Assembly: GCA_013265495.1 (NCBI GenBank)
Contig: MU058636.1
Span: 6,235,741 to 6,299,740, forward strand
Length of the DNA stretch: 64,000 nt
Source: Vicugna vicugna
Taxonomy: Eukaryota
Direction: 5' to 3'
This document shows, piece after piece, positions 24,175-36,949 of this stretch (within the stretch, counting starts at the first letter, position 1; each line of letters begins with the position of its first letter). A program made the translations under genes and the position numbers. The notes below the pieces were generated by a model, which was given only the letters and a program-made list of their open reading frames with translations, was not told the DNA's origin and did not search any database.

Positions 24175-26417
24175 AGAAATATGCAAGAGTCATGTTAAAC
24201 ACAAGGGGAGCTACTGAGGGCTGGGGGGCTCTGCGCTGCTGGGGTGCTGACGGGAAAGTGATTTACTGATGCTATGAGGACTCTCGGAGTCAGGACTTAC
24301 TGACTGGGCTGGGGCCCCTTCATCTCCTGCAGCTGAGGGAGGAGGTGTGAGCAGGAACGTGGAGGAGACACAGACCAAGCTCTGCCATCTCTCGCTGAGT
24401 GTCCCAAGGCCCCCCCCCATGAATCACCATCCTGCTCTCCTGCGGGGGCTTCATGCATGTGCAGCTGCTCCAACTGCCCAAGGACAAAAGAGCCAGTCTC
24501 ACTGCACATCAGCCCAACTGAACATTACACACTGACACCCTAGGGCCCTCGGAAAACGGGATGGTCTGTGTCAGTGAAAAGTGGATGGAGGGGGACACAA
24601 GGAGGAGACTCACAGGGGCTTTTCCAAGGCAACTGGAAGGCAAATGGAATAGAGTTGAGTGAAAATCGAGTGTCACTGCCTCCATTTCACAAACTGTAAT
24701 CCATAAATGGGCAACCAATAACAAAGAAGAAGAGCAGACAGATATGATGGAGGTAATATTTTGAAAATTACAAGTGTGAATTTCTCTTTGCCTTTCTGAG
24801 CTCATGATCTTCACCCAACTTGGCCCAAGACAACCACCTGCATGAGGAGTTAAGATCTGTTTCAGAATGAACAGGAAAAGACTGAGGTTATACTTGGCTT
24901 CTGACACTCAAGATGGGAACTTTTAGCAACACGGAGCTTTACTAAGACTCAAAATCCCTGTATTCTTTACACTTCTTCTTCCGGGGTATAAAGAAGATAG
25001 TCCCCCCAGCTGTGCTGGGACTCGGGGAGCAAGGCAATAAGGCTCACAGGCCTGCAGGGGACTTGCAGTGGACACTGCACAGGAGAAGCAGGTGGGAGCC
25101 GGGAAGACAGAAGAGACCAGGGAGAAAGAAAGGGAGGAGGGGGAGGCCATCACGTTGTGTGACCACTCCATTGCGTGACAGACCGTCTGACTGCTCTGGG
25201 CTTCAGCCTAGTCTGGGTGTGGATATCAGATATCAGGTCACTGACGTTCAGGCTGAGGGCAGGTGGGGGCTCCTGGGACGACAGAAGAACGCGGTCTTGC
25301 AGCTGGGCTGTACCAGCCCGTACACAGCCACGCCAAAATCAGCTTGATGGCTTGGCGAGGTTAGGTAGAGGTAGGCCTAAGTCTGGGCCACTTAGTTTCC
25401 CTGGGCCACTCGTGGTTCCAAAGAGCATAAACAGGACCCAGGTATACCTGAGAATCTGGCTGGGGCAAAGAGTAGCACCCTCCCTCAGCCAGGTGGCTCT
25501 GCATTGAGAGTTTTGGAGGATGTGGCCCAGACAGGAGCCAAATAGGAGTCACCTTCAGAACTCAGAGGTGCGTTGCACACACAGGAACGGAGCTGGAGGC
25601 TGTGTCCTGCAGAACACGCAGGCACTGACCGAGACAAAGAGGAAGAAACAATAGCCAGAAGTGGCCACAGAGGTTCACAGGACGTGAGGCCTCACCCCAG
25701 AAGCCAGAGAGCCAGAGGACAGCATGTCTAAGGACCCTGATTCTGCCTCCACCACAAGATCGTGTAAGTCTCACCACTGCCACCACATACCCAGATGCCT
25801 TCTCGAAATGAAGCGAGGTGCTAAGCCGGGGACACAATCTGACAGACAAGTCGTGCTGGGTTTCTGTTCCTAAAAGTCTGAGTTGGAAGTGCCTTTTACG
25901 TTTGCAAATCAGATTCATGTTTTAGCCAAAGCATTAAAGCTAGATGTCAATTGTCTTGGTTTGTTTGTCCCCAGGTAATCAGCGGCAAGAAAGCCAGATT
26001 TGTTACGGAAGAAATAACAGAGCTACATTTTTCTCGGCATATCCTAGCTGCGGTGTGAGTGAAATTCGCAGTCCTGCCCTGGAGCTAAATCAAATAAGAA
26101 GTGTGAAAGGATAGAGGGACCAGTAGATGTCCCGGGCGTTTGTTCCTCCTCAAGGTGAAGCCGTGAATGGGGTAATGCCTGGCAATGATGGGGGCTGACA
26201 GTGCTAAAAGGTGACTCTGCTCCTACGTGCGTTTTTTGAAAGGAGACATGAACATGGATTGAATGTCACTAATTAGCTCACCTTAAGAGGCCAGGCTGAT
26301 ATCATTAAACAAATAATGCTCATGGTGAAGTCCTGGCCAGTGACTGAGCAGTAACTACCTGAATTCAGGAAGTGACATTTCACAGGGCTTCTCAGTCAGT
26401 AGTCATGTACCGGCTCC

Positions 26418-26935
26418 CACATCAGATATCTGTTGCCGTATAACCAGTCCAAATCAGATGGCTCAAAATAACAAACACTTACTACCTGACAGTTTCTGAG
26501 GATCAGGAATCCCAGAGCAGCACAGTTGGGTATCTGGGCAGTTCTGGTTCAGGGCCTCCCACGCAGTGGCAGTGAAGCTGCTGGCTTGCAGCCTGCAGTC
26601 ATGTAACAGCTGTGGCGGGGGCATCCGCCTCCAGGATGCTCACTCATGTGGCTGTGGGCAGGAGGCCTGAGTGCCTCGTGTGATGTCCTCCATAGAACAG
26701 CCAGAGGGTCTTTGGACATGGCAGCTGGCTCCCCCAGAGAAAGTAATCTGAGAGAGAGAGAGAGAAAGAGAGAGGCAGACGTCACACTGGGGCTTTACAA
26801 CTTAACCTCAGAAATGACATCCCATCACTTCTACAGTTCTCTTAGTCCCCCAGACCGGCAGCGTGGGAGGTGATTACACAGGGCGTGAATACCAGGAGCT
26901 GGGCCACTGGGGCTGTCTTAGAGATTGCCTACTAG
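26418..26935 (-). mobile_element. MaLR LTR (MLT1F-like)
   Basis: acaaacacttactacctgacagtttctgaggatcaggaatcc...gctcactcatgtggctgtgggcaggaggcct...(GA)n...gggcgtgaataccaggag...cttagagattgcctacta. Confidence 0.85.
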
Positions 26936-29694
26936 GACTCCTTGTGAAGGAAAAACAAATTCAACAGACCTCCTAGTGTGGTATAAATTATTTGTGACTT
27001 GAACTTGCAAAATAGTTACTTGAACTTGCAAAAACATGAAGCTAAGTACAAACCCCTTTGGCATAAATAAGTCATATAAAAATACACTATAACTTTTTAA
27101 ATCTTTGTTTTTGCTCATTTAGAATAATCAGGCCTCATAAAAATCCAAAATTTTGTCAATCCTGGGATACAAACTTTAATAAGGTGTCCCTTGATGACTA
27201 CAACCATCTAGTTTGTTCCCTGGAAGATAAGTTTCACATTGCAGTGTTATTGAAACCTGCATTAAATAGATCTCTAATCCACTTACTGCTAGAATCAACA
27301 GAAAATTCTGCATTGCTTTTTACTGCTACATTTTTTGCTGATGAATAGCTGCAAGTTTGCCTGTGCAAAAATGGAATCTGCATAATACATCTGCTCCCAA
27401 CATAAATATGGTACTGGCTGCCACAGCACAAATTCTTTAGATTTCGGCATGCCTATATTCTGTAGGCCCCCAAATGATTCATTTCCCCTATCCTCTGTCT
27501 GATCTGAACCTCTGTAAAATCTTCCTTCTCAGAATGCTATGATATCATTTGCCTTCACTTGGCATAAAGGAGATCATAAATGAAAGTGCAAAGCAGTCAC
27601 TGGCATCATGGGGCAATGTTCAGTTTGTAGGCAAATCTCTAGATGTTACACAACACTCTTATATAATTAGTTCTAATCACAGGAAAAATAAAAAAGGCCA
27701 CAACTTGTGACCTACTAATACAAATGCTTTCCCAGCATGTAGCTGTGTCCTGAGGTCTCAGTTTACGCCGAGAAGCCCCATCGAATGAAAATGTGTCAGT
27801 GTTCATTTATAGACACATCAGGATGTTATCCAAGAGAGAGGAGCAAAAAAGGTGTCCCCGGAGATCACAGCTGTGTCTCCTCCAAGAGCACAGACTCCAT
27901 TAGTCCTGCGGGCGTGGGGGTCATGCTGAGACCCAAGGGCCTTCTGTTCTGACTCCTCCTTTCTCATATTCTTCCACGGCCTAGATTGTGAGACGCCCCC
28001 CAACCCCAGATCCAGCCAGATGACAAGTCATCTTTCCAAAGGTATAGCTACAGGGGCAGAATGACCGTGGGTGTTAGGAAGCAGTTGCCACTGTAAACTT
28101 AGTTTGGTTTTGGAAAATCATACCCATACGTTTGAGGAGATTTTGAACCACTTGGCACTTTACTTCCTCCCACCACCCAGAAAATACCCTCTGGACCTGA
28201 GAGCTTCTTAACAAAGGATTTCATGGCTTTGACACTGAGCATGGCTTTCAAGGATGATATGGAGCCCCTGACCTCAGATGTCAGGACTGTCAGCCACCAT
28301 CTCTTGCATTCTAACTGCATATCAGGACCCCTTCCCCATCTGAGCAGGTAAAAGAATCCTCGGAAAATGGCCCCCCTCCCCAACTTGGCCCTCAGCCCAC
28401 AGGAACCCAGAAGGAGGAGCTCTGACATCCGCTCCTCAGCTTTGTCTGTTGGTGTATTGCAGCTGACATTCACACCCATCCTGGAGAGACACAGCTCATG
28501 GGTCTTCCTGCTCACCCCCTCTTGCCTGCTGCTAGCAGATGAATGGCCACTTACTCATTGAAAGAGACAAGAGAATAAAATCTCACACACAGAGCCAAGC
28601 ATGGACCCACTTTAGGCCTCTGTCAAAGCACAGCTGCAGATGGAGAAAGGCCCCCACCCCAGCCCACACTTTCTGACTAATCAGGATGTGGCTTGGGGGG
28701 CACTTTTCAGAAGGACTATAGAGAAAGGACTGTAAAGTCCTGCATGCAAAGTGCGGGTGTCGACTTCGCTCCAGGGCCTTTGCTTTTTAAAAACATGCTT
28801 TCAAAACCCTAAACATTTTTAGGTGGTGAGAAAGGGCTGGAGACAAAGAGAATGTGCTTTGTTATAAAAATCCCTTGGGATAATTCTCTGACAGACTCCG
28901 GATTCAGTTCTGGTGGGAAGTTCCCAGCAAGCCATTTTACTGAGGGTCAGGTTTATTCTCTTCTGCTGAACTGCTGCAGGGAATCCGAGCTAAACCATCA
29001 CGAGGAGAATGAGGTGAGCCTCACAGCAGCTGAGCGGACTGGGGGTGCCGGCAGCCAACGCCGATCTGCCAGCAGTAATCTCGGGGCCCCTGGGCAAAAC
29101 TTCCGTGCAGCTACGGGAAAGGCTGATTCCTCTTTCATTGCTAATGCAAATGCATCCTTTAGATATTATGAAAGGGATCATGGAAAGTGAGCTGTCTGCT
29201 CTCACTTTAGCTGCCTGCCGCCTGGGCTGGGAGGAGCCAGCAGGGTCTAGAATCTCATTAGACCTGCAGCCAGGAAGTGGTTTAAAGCATTACATCATGA
29301 GGTTGTCAAGGTAACCGGCCAGGCTCCCTCTGTGGACCCCTGTGGTTCATGATGACAGGTTCTCTCGACCAAGTAAGGAGCAGAGGGATGGCCTGCAGCC
29401 TGAAGCACAACAGCCAGCAGCCTGGGCTCCAGGAGGTGACTGCATGCTGGGACGCCGCTGCTGGGACACTGCTGCCGGGCTGCCTCACGGAGGGCTGGGG
29501 ACACCACAGTACAACCCTCACTGCACGAGGGGAGAGACCATCCCTGGTTCTGCCACTGCCCAGAGTTCCAGAAGAGTGCCTCCTGCCCGGTCACCACCCT
29601 GACGGCAGAAAGACGCTCTGCAGCTCACGAGGGCACCCTTCGCTCGCTGAGAGCTCAGGCCCTGGCTTCGCGTCCCCTCTAGGATGGACCCTGC

Positions 29695-30139
29695 AGGCTC
29701 CCTCAGGCCACACGACAAAGCACCACAACTGCGTGGTCCTGAGCAACAGAAATGTGTCCTCTGACAGTCTGGGGCCTGGGAGCCCAAGACTAAGCTGTTG
29801 GCAGGGCCGGGCTTCCTTCAGAGCCTCTGGAGAAGGACCCTTCCTCGTCTTTCCTCCGGTGTCACAGCCCCGCATGTCCCTCGGTTTGCAGTAGCCTCCA
29901 CCTTCACACGGCTGCCTTCCCTCTGTGCGTGAGCCCTTGTGCCTTTAGACGGCGTTCTCCTCTCTGTGTCCAAGTCTAAATGCCCCTCTTCTTACAAGGA
30001 CATAAGTCATATTAAATTGATCTTAAGCTGATTACATCTCCAAAGAATCTATTTCCAAATTAGGGCACATTTACAGGAACTGGGGGGGGGGTGAGGATTT
30101 CAGCTTATCTTTTTGAGGAACACAGTTCAGTCGGTATCA
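29695..30139 (-). mobile_element. MaLR LTR (MLT1C-like)
   Basis: acaaagcaccacaact...gcaacagaaatgtgtcctctgacagtctgg...tcttacaaggacataagtcat...tatttccaaattagggcacatttacagg...tttgaggaacacagttcag. Confidence 0.8.
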
Positions 30140-30159
30140 GGCCACTTTTCACTCTGCAC

Positions 30160-30560
30160 AAAGGCACACGTGACAAACTCACTGAACAGCAGGGAGAAAG
30201 CCAGCCCAAGTCGAGGCGTTAGAATGGAACCGCTGAAGAAACGAAGGGCAACTCTGCGGCCTTGGAAGTCAAGGTCACTTTATGATCCTGACCCCGACCA
30301 CAGCACACGTGGTCGCCTCGGTCTCCTATCCTGAGGCTCCGAGGGAGGGCTCGTGGGGCAAGGAGCCCAGCAGCGGAGTCCCGGAGGGGCTGCCCTTGCT
30401 GCGGCCCCCGGGAGGACGCACCCTGGCTTTCCGTTCCCGTGGTTTCTCCGGGACCGCGACCAGGTGAGCCCGCCCAGCCCTGTGAGCCGCTCATCCTGCA
30501 CAGCCCAGATAAAGCGTTCCTGGTGAGACGTGCCCGCCTTCACTGTCTTAACAGAGGCTG
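30160..30560 (+). promoter_or_regulatory. Small CpG-rich, promoter/enhancer-like patch with splice-donor-like site
   Basis: About 21 CpG in 30291-30540 by hand count; CACGTG boxes; TCAAGGTCA at 30269-30277; CAG|GTGAGC at 30461-30469; CCCGCCC at 30469-30475. Confidence 0.35.
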
Positions 30561-31764
30561 TTCCTTGGAGTCAGCACAGAGCTTTTGCACCGTCTTTATG
30601 TCGGGAGCCTGCCAGAAACTCTTTAGAAAGGCGGTATTCTTGTGAATCGAAACAACAGGGTGGAGACCTCACCCGCGGAAACATAAATGACCTGGACTCT
30701 GCCCGTCCACTCGCACGCTTTCTCCAAGGCGTTCAGACAGGGAGGCTGGTCACCTGAAGCTAATACTCTGCTTTTTGAACCATCACTCTTAACAATTGGA
30801 TTAAGGCCACTGACTCTGAAACAGCAATTTTCTTTCTGGAAATGGGGATATGGCCAATGTCAGGCGAGAAAAGGCTAACGGGCAAACCTCGCAGAGTCAG
30901 GAGAACCTACTTCCCACCCCAGGGAAAGAAACAGAAACACGGAGAGAGGGGGTGTCCACCCCCAAATTCCTTCCCACGTGCTAGGATTCTCTCTCTCTCT
31001 CACATCCTGAAGCCAGCTTGGTCCTCAAAAAAGTGTGACTGTCATTTAGTCACTTGCTGGGGGCTTTACATATTACCTTACAGTCCCCCCCCTCCAGGAG
31101 CTGGTATAACATCACGGCAAAGACCTCTGGGCCCAGGGCCAGACGGCTTACGCCCATACCCCCACCTTTGACCTCCCTACATGACCCCAGGCAGGCCGAC
31201 GAGTCTCTGCTGTGAAACAGATCTGAACACCAACCACACGGAGTGGTTGCAAAGATTAAGAGTTAACTTGCAGAAATGCTCGACAAATTTTAGCTCCAAT
31301 TATGAGGTACTGTAACTACTCCCACTTTCTATAAAAGGAATCTGAGCTTCAAGAAGACTGAATACCATGCTCCGGTCATACAACTAACTGTGGAAGACAG
31401 GATTCAGCCCCAACTGCGTGCTCCCCCGACCCCCACCACAGCACGACCATCGTGCACGGCCACGTCCCCACAGATGGGCCCACACCGCCTGGGGGCTCCT
31501 GCCCTCCACTTGCAGTTCAGGCTTCTGCCTTTCGGTTTCCTCCTGAAAGGCCAGCCCCCTCCTGGCTGTCCCTTTCTCCCAGAGCTCCCCTTTGGAACCC
31601 ATTTTCCCCAGAGCACCTCAGAGTTCAGACCAAACCTCTCCCCTCAACAGATGCCTTCCTGGGAATCCCCTTCTGTCAGCACTGCCCTGGAGTTTCTGAC
31701 GCCACAGTGGCCACACGTGTCGGCTAAAATACCAGCAGCTGATGGTGGCTTAACTCCTTGTCCT

Positions 31765-31950
31765 TCATTCATTCAACAGTGGCGTCAAAGACCAGCTTCC
31801 AAGCCACTGTGGGCCAGGCACTGTGTTGGCGCTGCTGACACAGCCCAAGCTCGTGGCCTCAGTCCTCACAGAGTCTACGGTCTAGAAAGGAAGGAAGACA
31901 CAGAGGCGATGAACCCACACACAAGTGGTTATGAACTGGGGTACTGTTTA
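31765..31950 (-). mobile_element. L2 3' end fragment
   Basis: ttcattcattcaacag...ctgtgggccaggcactgtgttggcgctg...cctcacagagtctacggtctag. Confidence 0.7.
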
Positions 31951-32109
31951 TGAACAACGAGCTGGGATCAAACTCAGCTTCCCTGCCTCTTTTCAAAGGG
32001 GAGAAATCCAAATTCCACCTTGGGTCTAAAAATGTCCTTGTAAGGCAAAAAAATAAAAGGTCACTTTGAAAAAGATATGTCAATGAGAAGTTGGAAATCA
32101 AAATTTAAT

Positions 32110-32600
32110 GACCGCTGTATACCTCTCTGATCTCATGTCTCTCCGTCTCCTTCTTGTTTTGGTTTGTTTTTTCTCCCCTAGCCTAGGCCCCATGATACTT
32201 ATCTCGCACACCAGGCAAACCCTGGGGCTCTGCACTGGCTACTCCTCCTGCCTGGCATGGTCCTCCCCCACATCCACACGGCTCACTCCCTTGAGTCTGC
32301 CAGGTGTTTTCTCCTTGAAATCTTTTCTGGCAACTGGTTTAAAATACCACCCCTCCTCCCAAACCCTCCCCCCCCCCAACACCCACAATCTCCGCCTCAT
32401 CCTGCTTCATTTTCCCCCCAGCACACGTCACCACCCCTCACCCTGTCCGTTCCACTCACTCACTGGTTCGTGGTCTGTGTCTCGCCCCCTGCGATGTAAG
32501 CTTCAAGAAAGCAGAGATTCCAGTCTTGCTCTTTCACTAACACCTAGAACAGTACTCGGAACACGTAGTAACAAATACTTACCGTGTCTTAAATGAAGCA
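32110..32600 (+). mobile_element. L2a 3' end
   Basis: ctcctcctgcctggcatggtcctccc...tgtctcgccccctgcgatgtaagcttcaagaaagcagagatt...cctagaacagtactcggaacacgtagtaacaaatactt. Confidence 0.75.
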
Positions 32601-35557
32601 ATCACATTGGTTCTCCCACACCCTGGTTTCAAGACTTAGGCTTGTTCAGCAATTTTCTTGTCCGGGATGATCAAACTACTCTGTGTCTCTTACTAATAAA
32701 GTGGGAATAATGACATCTGCCTCACCCAGATTTCAGAGTTTGGGGAAGACAGAATAAGATCTAAATTATGAAGGGCGGTGAAACCTTAACTATAATGCAG
32801 ATACATGTTATTTTTAATTATTGTCCAATTCCCCCCAAAGAATATAACATACATATGCAAAGAAGTCATTACTATGACCAGGGTTTAGTTTTCAGGCAGA
32901 TTTCTTTGTTTCACTGCAAGTTCGTAAATAACTCTTCGTATGTGCTAGAGAAATAGAAAAAAAAAAACCCACAAAAGCTGCTAGCAGTGAGAAAAATAAA
33001 TAGAAATAAGTCAAGTGTAAGATTATTCAACTGAGTGTATTGAGTGACATTAAGTTAGAAGGCAATGCAGAGTTGTTAGCGTAATTTCACTCAGTAAAGT
33101 AATGGGGAAAAGTAAATGTTCATCCATTTCATTAATGTCTATAACTCAGATGTCCCCAGGCCAGCCCAGACTCTGGACTGGACTGAGATCACATGGACAT
33201 GAACTCCCAGCGTCTGCCGGCCTGCGTGATGACAGGCTCCCTGTACAACAAGCCATCCGCACAGACTTTCCCAGTTACCCTGACTCTCTCCTGAGACCCT
33301 CTGGGGTGTTTCCCGTTTGCTCATGATTCTTTCTCTCAGGGTTCTGTGCAGCATCTGCTTACTGACCTCCCTTACAGTGGGAGCTGTGGACAGAGGGCTT
33401 TAGAGACTAGAGAGCCATTTCTCATCACCCCAGAGTTACATAACCTCCAAAGAGCCTGCGGGTCCTTCTCAAACTGGAGCCATGCTGCGACAGCTTCCAG
33501 AATGGGGAGGTTGGCCCCCTCCCCTTAGGTCTTGGCTCTAGACCCTGGGGATGTGCTAGGAAATGACAAATGAAAAGCTAACAGCATTTTCCCTTCCTCC
33601 ATGTCATTCAGTTCAGGGCAAGTCTTATAAAATGACTGTTATCAGAAAGTCTGCCTTCACATGAATATAGAAAACTCCTTACTACTGTGTAAGCCATAAA
33701 TAGACTGAATCTCAGATTTCTTGAAAGCTTTATTGTTCTTTTAGCGATTACTCTGGTGAATTAACTTCTCTAAGAAAGCAGAACAGGGTGTTGAAAAAAC
33801 AGCAAACAGGTCAAGTACATTCCCCAGCCTCAACACAACTAGTCACAATTGCACTTGGACTGTGACTAGTGGTGCCACACACTCCGCTGTTTTCCAAATC
33901 ACTCCCGGCACCCCCACAGCCCGCTCTGCACTCTCGGCAGGCTGGCCCAGCTGGGCTTATCATCTGCTGGCTGGCAAGGGGACATCTGTATAATTCTCCA
34001 TTCAAGCAGTAAAGAATGACTCCCCATTTTTTCACTCCTGATGGAAAATAAAAGATCAGGGCACCCTGTCTTCTAGAGAAGCACAAGGGAAGGAACACCT
34101 CAGGTAACAGCCGTGGTGACAATGTCCCCAGCAGGGACACTGTCCCTGCTCCATCTCCCTGCTGCTCGGGCTGGGATGCCTTGTCTTCATGCCAAGCACA
34201 GGGAGTCAGTGGGCTTTCTGTGTTTATGGTTGAGGGATATTCCACAGCTAATAAATGGATGTTTTCTTCTCAAAACTCACTGGAGGGATCCTCAAATTCA
34301 AATCCTAGAAACTTTCCCTTGAAAAGATGATAAGGTTTTATTTAATTTTTCTTGATTTTCACAAAAAAAAAACCCACATAAGTTGACCTATGAGCTGTGA
34401 CCTGTGCAATGCTCATGAACTGAACATTCAGTGGTGAAAAGATCACGTTGTATCAGCCCAGCTCGGACATTAGTATGACAACCAGCCACGTGCCGCAGCC
34501 ATATGAAACGGTAGAGTCAGGACAGTCATTCTGAGTTAATGGGAGTTTTTTCTTTCCATCGTACCTTTAAGGAAAAGGCACAATGCCACTAGCATTATTT
34601 AACTCCAGATTTAAGTTCAAAATCTCATTATTGTTTCCTGTAAATAACAACTTTACATCTTGAAATTTTTTAAAATAGTAAGAAAAGGAAAGAAAATGAC
34701 AGAAAATTGAACTGAAATTATCTTCTTTGATTTCTATTTTGTGTGATATTTAAAAGCAAACTGACTAGGGAGATGCTGGATTTGGGATTAAAATTAAGAA
34801 CAAACTGGATAAGAGAGAAGGTGGGAGATATGAGTAAGGAATCACCCACAGTTTTGTCTTTCTCTACGTACTATTTCCAGTAACCTATTTATTTGCTCAA
34901 AGGTCCAGCACTTTGTCTGGAGCCCAGGCATGCTTTGACGGAAGCTGTAAGCCATATTTCTGCTCAACTCCAGTCTGAAATTAAAGGGTTGAAAAAAGAA
35001 TAAAGCTCATATAATGGAATCCAACTCTTGGAGGACATCAGAAAGGGAATTTTAAAGTCATTTCTTATACAACCTCACTATTCAAATTAGCATGCAATCA
35101 TTTCAACATTTCTAAATAAAAGGTTTTTTAACCCTCAAAAACAAAACAAAACAAAAAAGAGGTTTGTAAATAATTTAGAACTTTTTGTGCAAGTGTAACA
35201 TTGATGAATTTCCTTTTGATTTTAAACTTATGGAAATTAATGTAATTCATTCATTTCTTATATATCTGAACACTTCCTTTTAATATAAAATTAATTGTAA
35301 AGTAAAAAATGATTATTCTTCAATTCCTTCCATTTATCTTAATTCTTTCAAAAGTAAAAAAAAATTGATGTCAGTAAGTGTTAATTTTTTGATATTTTTA
35401 TTTATGTAATTTCTGTGTTGATATAAAAATGTTCACTGAAAGTAATCACAAAATCAATAGAAGTTGAAGGGCATTTCTGAAATGGGGATGAAGCAGTTTA
35501 TAATTTGGCAAAAATGAGCATCAGCATCTCAATTCTAATAGACAATATGAGTTACTA

Positions 35558-36009
35558 AGTATTCTCCTTGTATCCAGAGCAACAGAAGCAGTGAGATATA
35601 CAGGCAAAGAGAGAAAGGGAGATTTTGAAGACCGGACTCACACGATTGTGGAGGTTGTCAAGTCTAAAACCAGAAGGGCAGGCCAGACAGTTGCAAATTC
35701 AGGTAAGAGTTGATGTCATAATTTTGAGTCCAAAATCCTAGAGCAGACCATTAGGCTGGAAAGTTAGGCAAGGTTTCTATGTTGCAGTCTTAAGACAAAG
35801 TTTATTCTTCCAGAAACAGTCTTTCTTGTTAAGGCCTTCAACTGATTGGATGAGGCCCACCCACATTATGGAGAGAATCTGCTTTACTTAAAGCTTATAT
35901 ATGTTAATCCTAACTAAAAAAATACCTTCACCAACCTCTAGATTAGTGTTTGATCAAAGAACTGGACACTCTAGCCTAGCCAAGTTGAAAGACAAAATTG
36001 ACTATTATA
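35558..36009 (-). mobile_element. ERVL LTR (MLT2D-like)
   Basis: gactcacacgattgtggaggttgtcaagtc...ttaaggccttcaactgattggatgaggcccacccacattatggagagaatctgctttact...ctagccaagttga. Confidence 0.88.
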
Positions 36010-36399
36010 GTCCTGAAAGGAGCTAGTATTCTAGGAGTGAAGGTAAGAGTTGAAATTCCCTTAACTATTACTTTCCCCCAAGAAGCACTATCCATTATTA
36101 ATTTAGTCCTCACAGAAATAGATTTCTGTCTTCAAGAATAAAAATGTGTCTGTGTATGTGTAAAAAATAAGACAAATGATTAATAAAAATAAAACAATGC
36201 AAAATAAAAAATAAACAACTAATCACAAAATAAAAACAAATGATTAATAATGACTTTAAGTTATAATTTCTACTTGATTATAAACTTTAGGGGAAGTATA
36301 GTTTATTCACAATCCTAGGGACTTGACATATAAATAAATTTATATTACTGTTAAAATTGTAAAAATTACTGCTAAAAATTGTAAAAAAAAAAAAAGTTT

Positions 36400-36930
36400 T
36401 AAAATCAAATGGCAGCCTGATAAATGGTGGTTTATCTTATAATGAACTAACCTCCATACACATAATTATTACAAATTTTGTTAACAAAAAACACCCCAAC
36501 TATTTCAAGGAGCTGAAAGCATCCAGCAGACAAAAACTGGGAGTGGGGAGGAGGTGGCCTGTGAAGGAAGGGGCTTCCCTGGGGTGAGATCCACATTTGT
36601 ATAATTTCTCTTTAGGAGACTCCCTTCTCGGTGAAGCACAGTATGGTTACAAATCAAGCAGAAAGTAACATTCTTACGGTTTGAAGTGTTCTGACACGAT
36701 GGTGTTTGAAGCTATCACAGTAGCTCGAGATTAAGGAGGCAAATCCTGGAGAGGCTATAGCCACAAAAATACTCAAAATCTACATACAAACAACTGGCAA
36801 ATCCTTGGCTGACCCCTAACTGTGCATGCCCGGAGGAGACTACAGAGTGGCCCACAGGAAGCAATGGCTGGAAGGCTAAAGTAACTCGCAGAAGAGAAAG
36901 AATTTGGCATTTGAGTCCTGCCAATAACCT
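36400..36930 (+). mobile_element. Ancient L1 5' region relic (L1M/L1ME-type)
   Basis: ggaggcaaatcctggagagg...aaatccttggctgacccctaactgtgcatg...tggaaggctaaag resembles L1M 5' UTR consensus segments. Confidence 0.55.
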
Positions 36931-36949
36931 TGCAGACTAGAAAGAGAAA

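Noticed and set aside
29349..32596. Longest ORF-track ORFs (181, 187, 162 aa)
   Set aside because: Pro/Ser/Gly-rich chance frames in GC-rich DNA; they run through MLT1C and L2 relics and show no recognisable domain
35558..36009. MLT2D as the cognate 3' LTR of the neighbouring ERVL-int
   Set aside because: Orientation fits, but an L3/CR1 relic, generally older than ERVL, lies between them; independent insertion is more parsimonious
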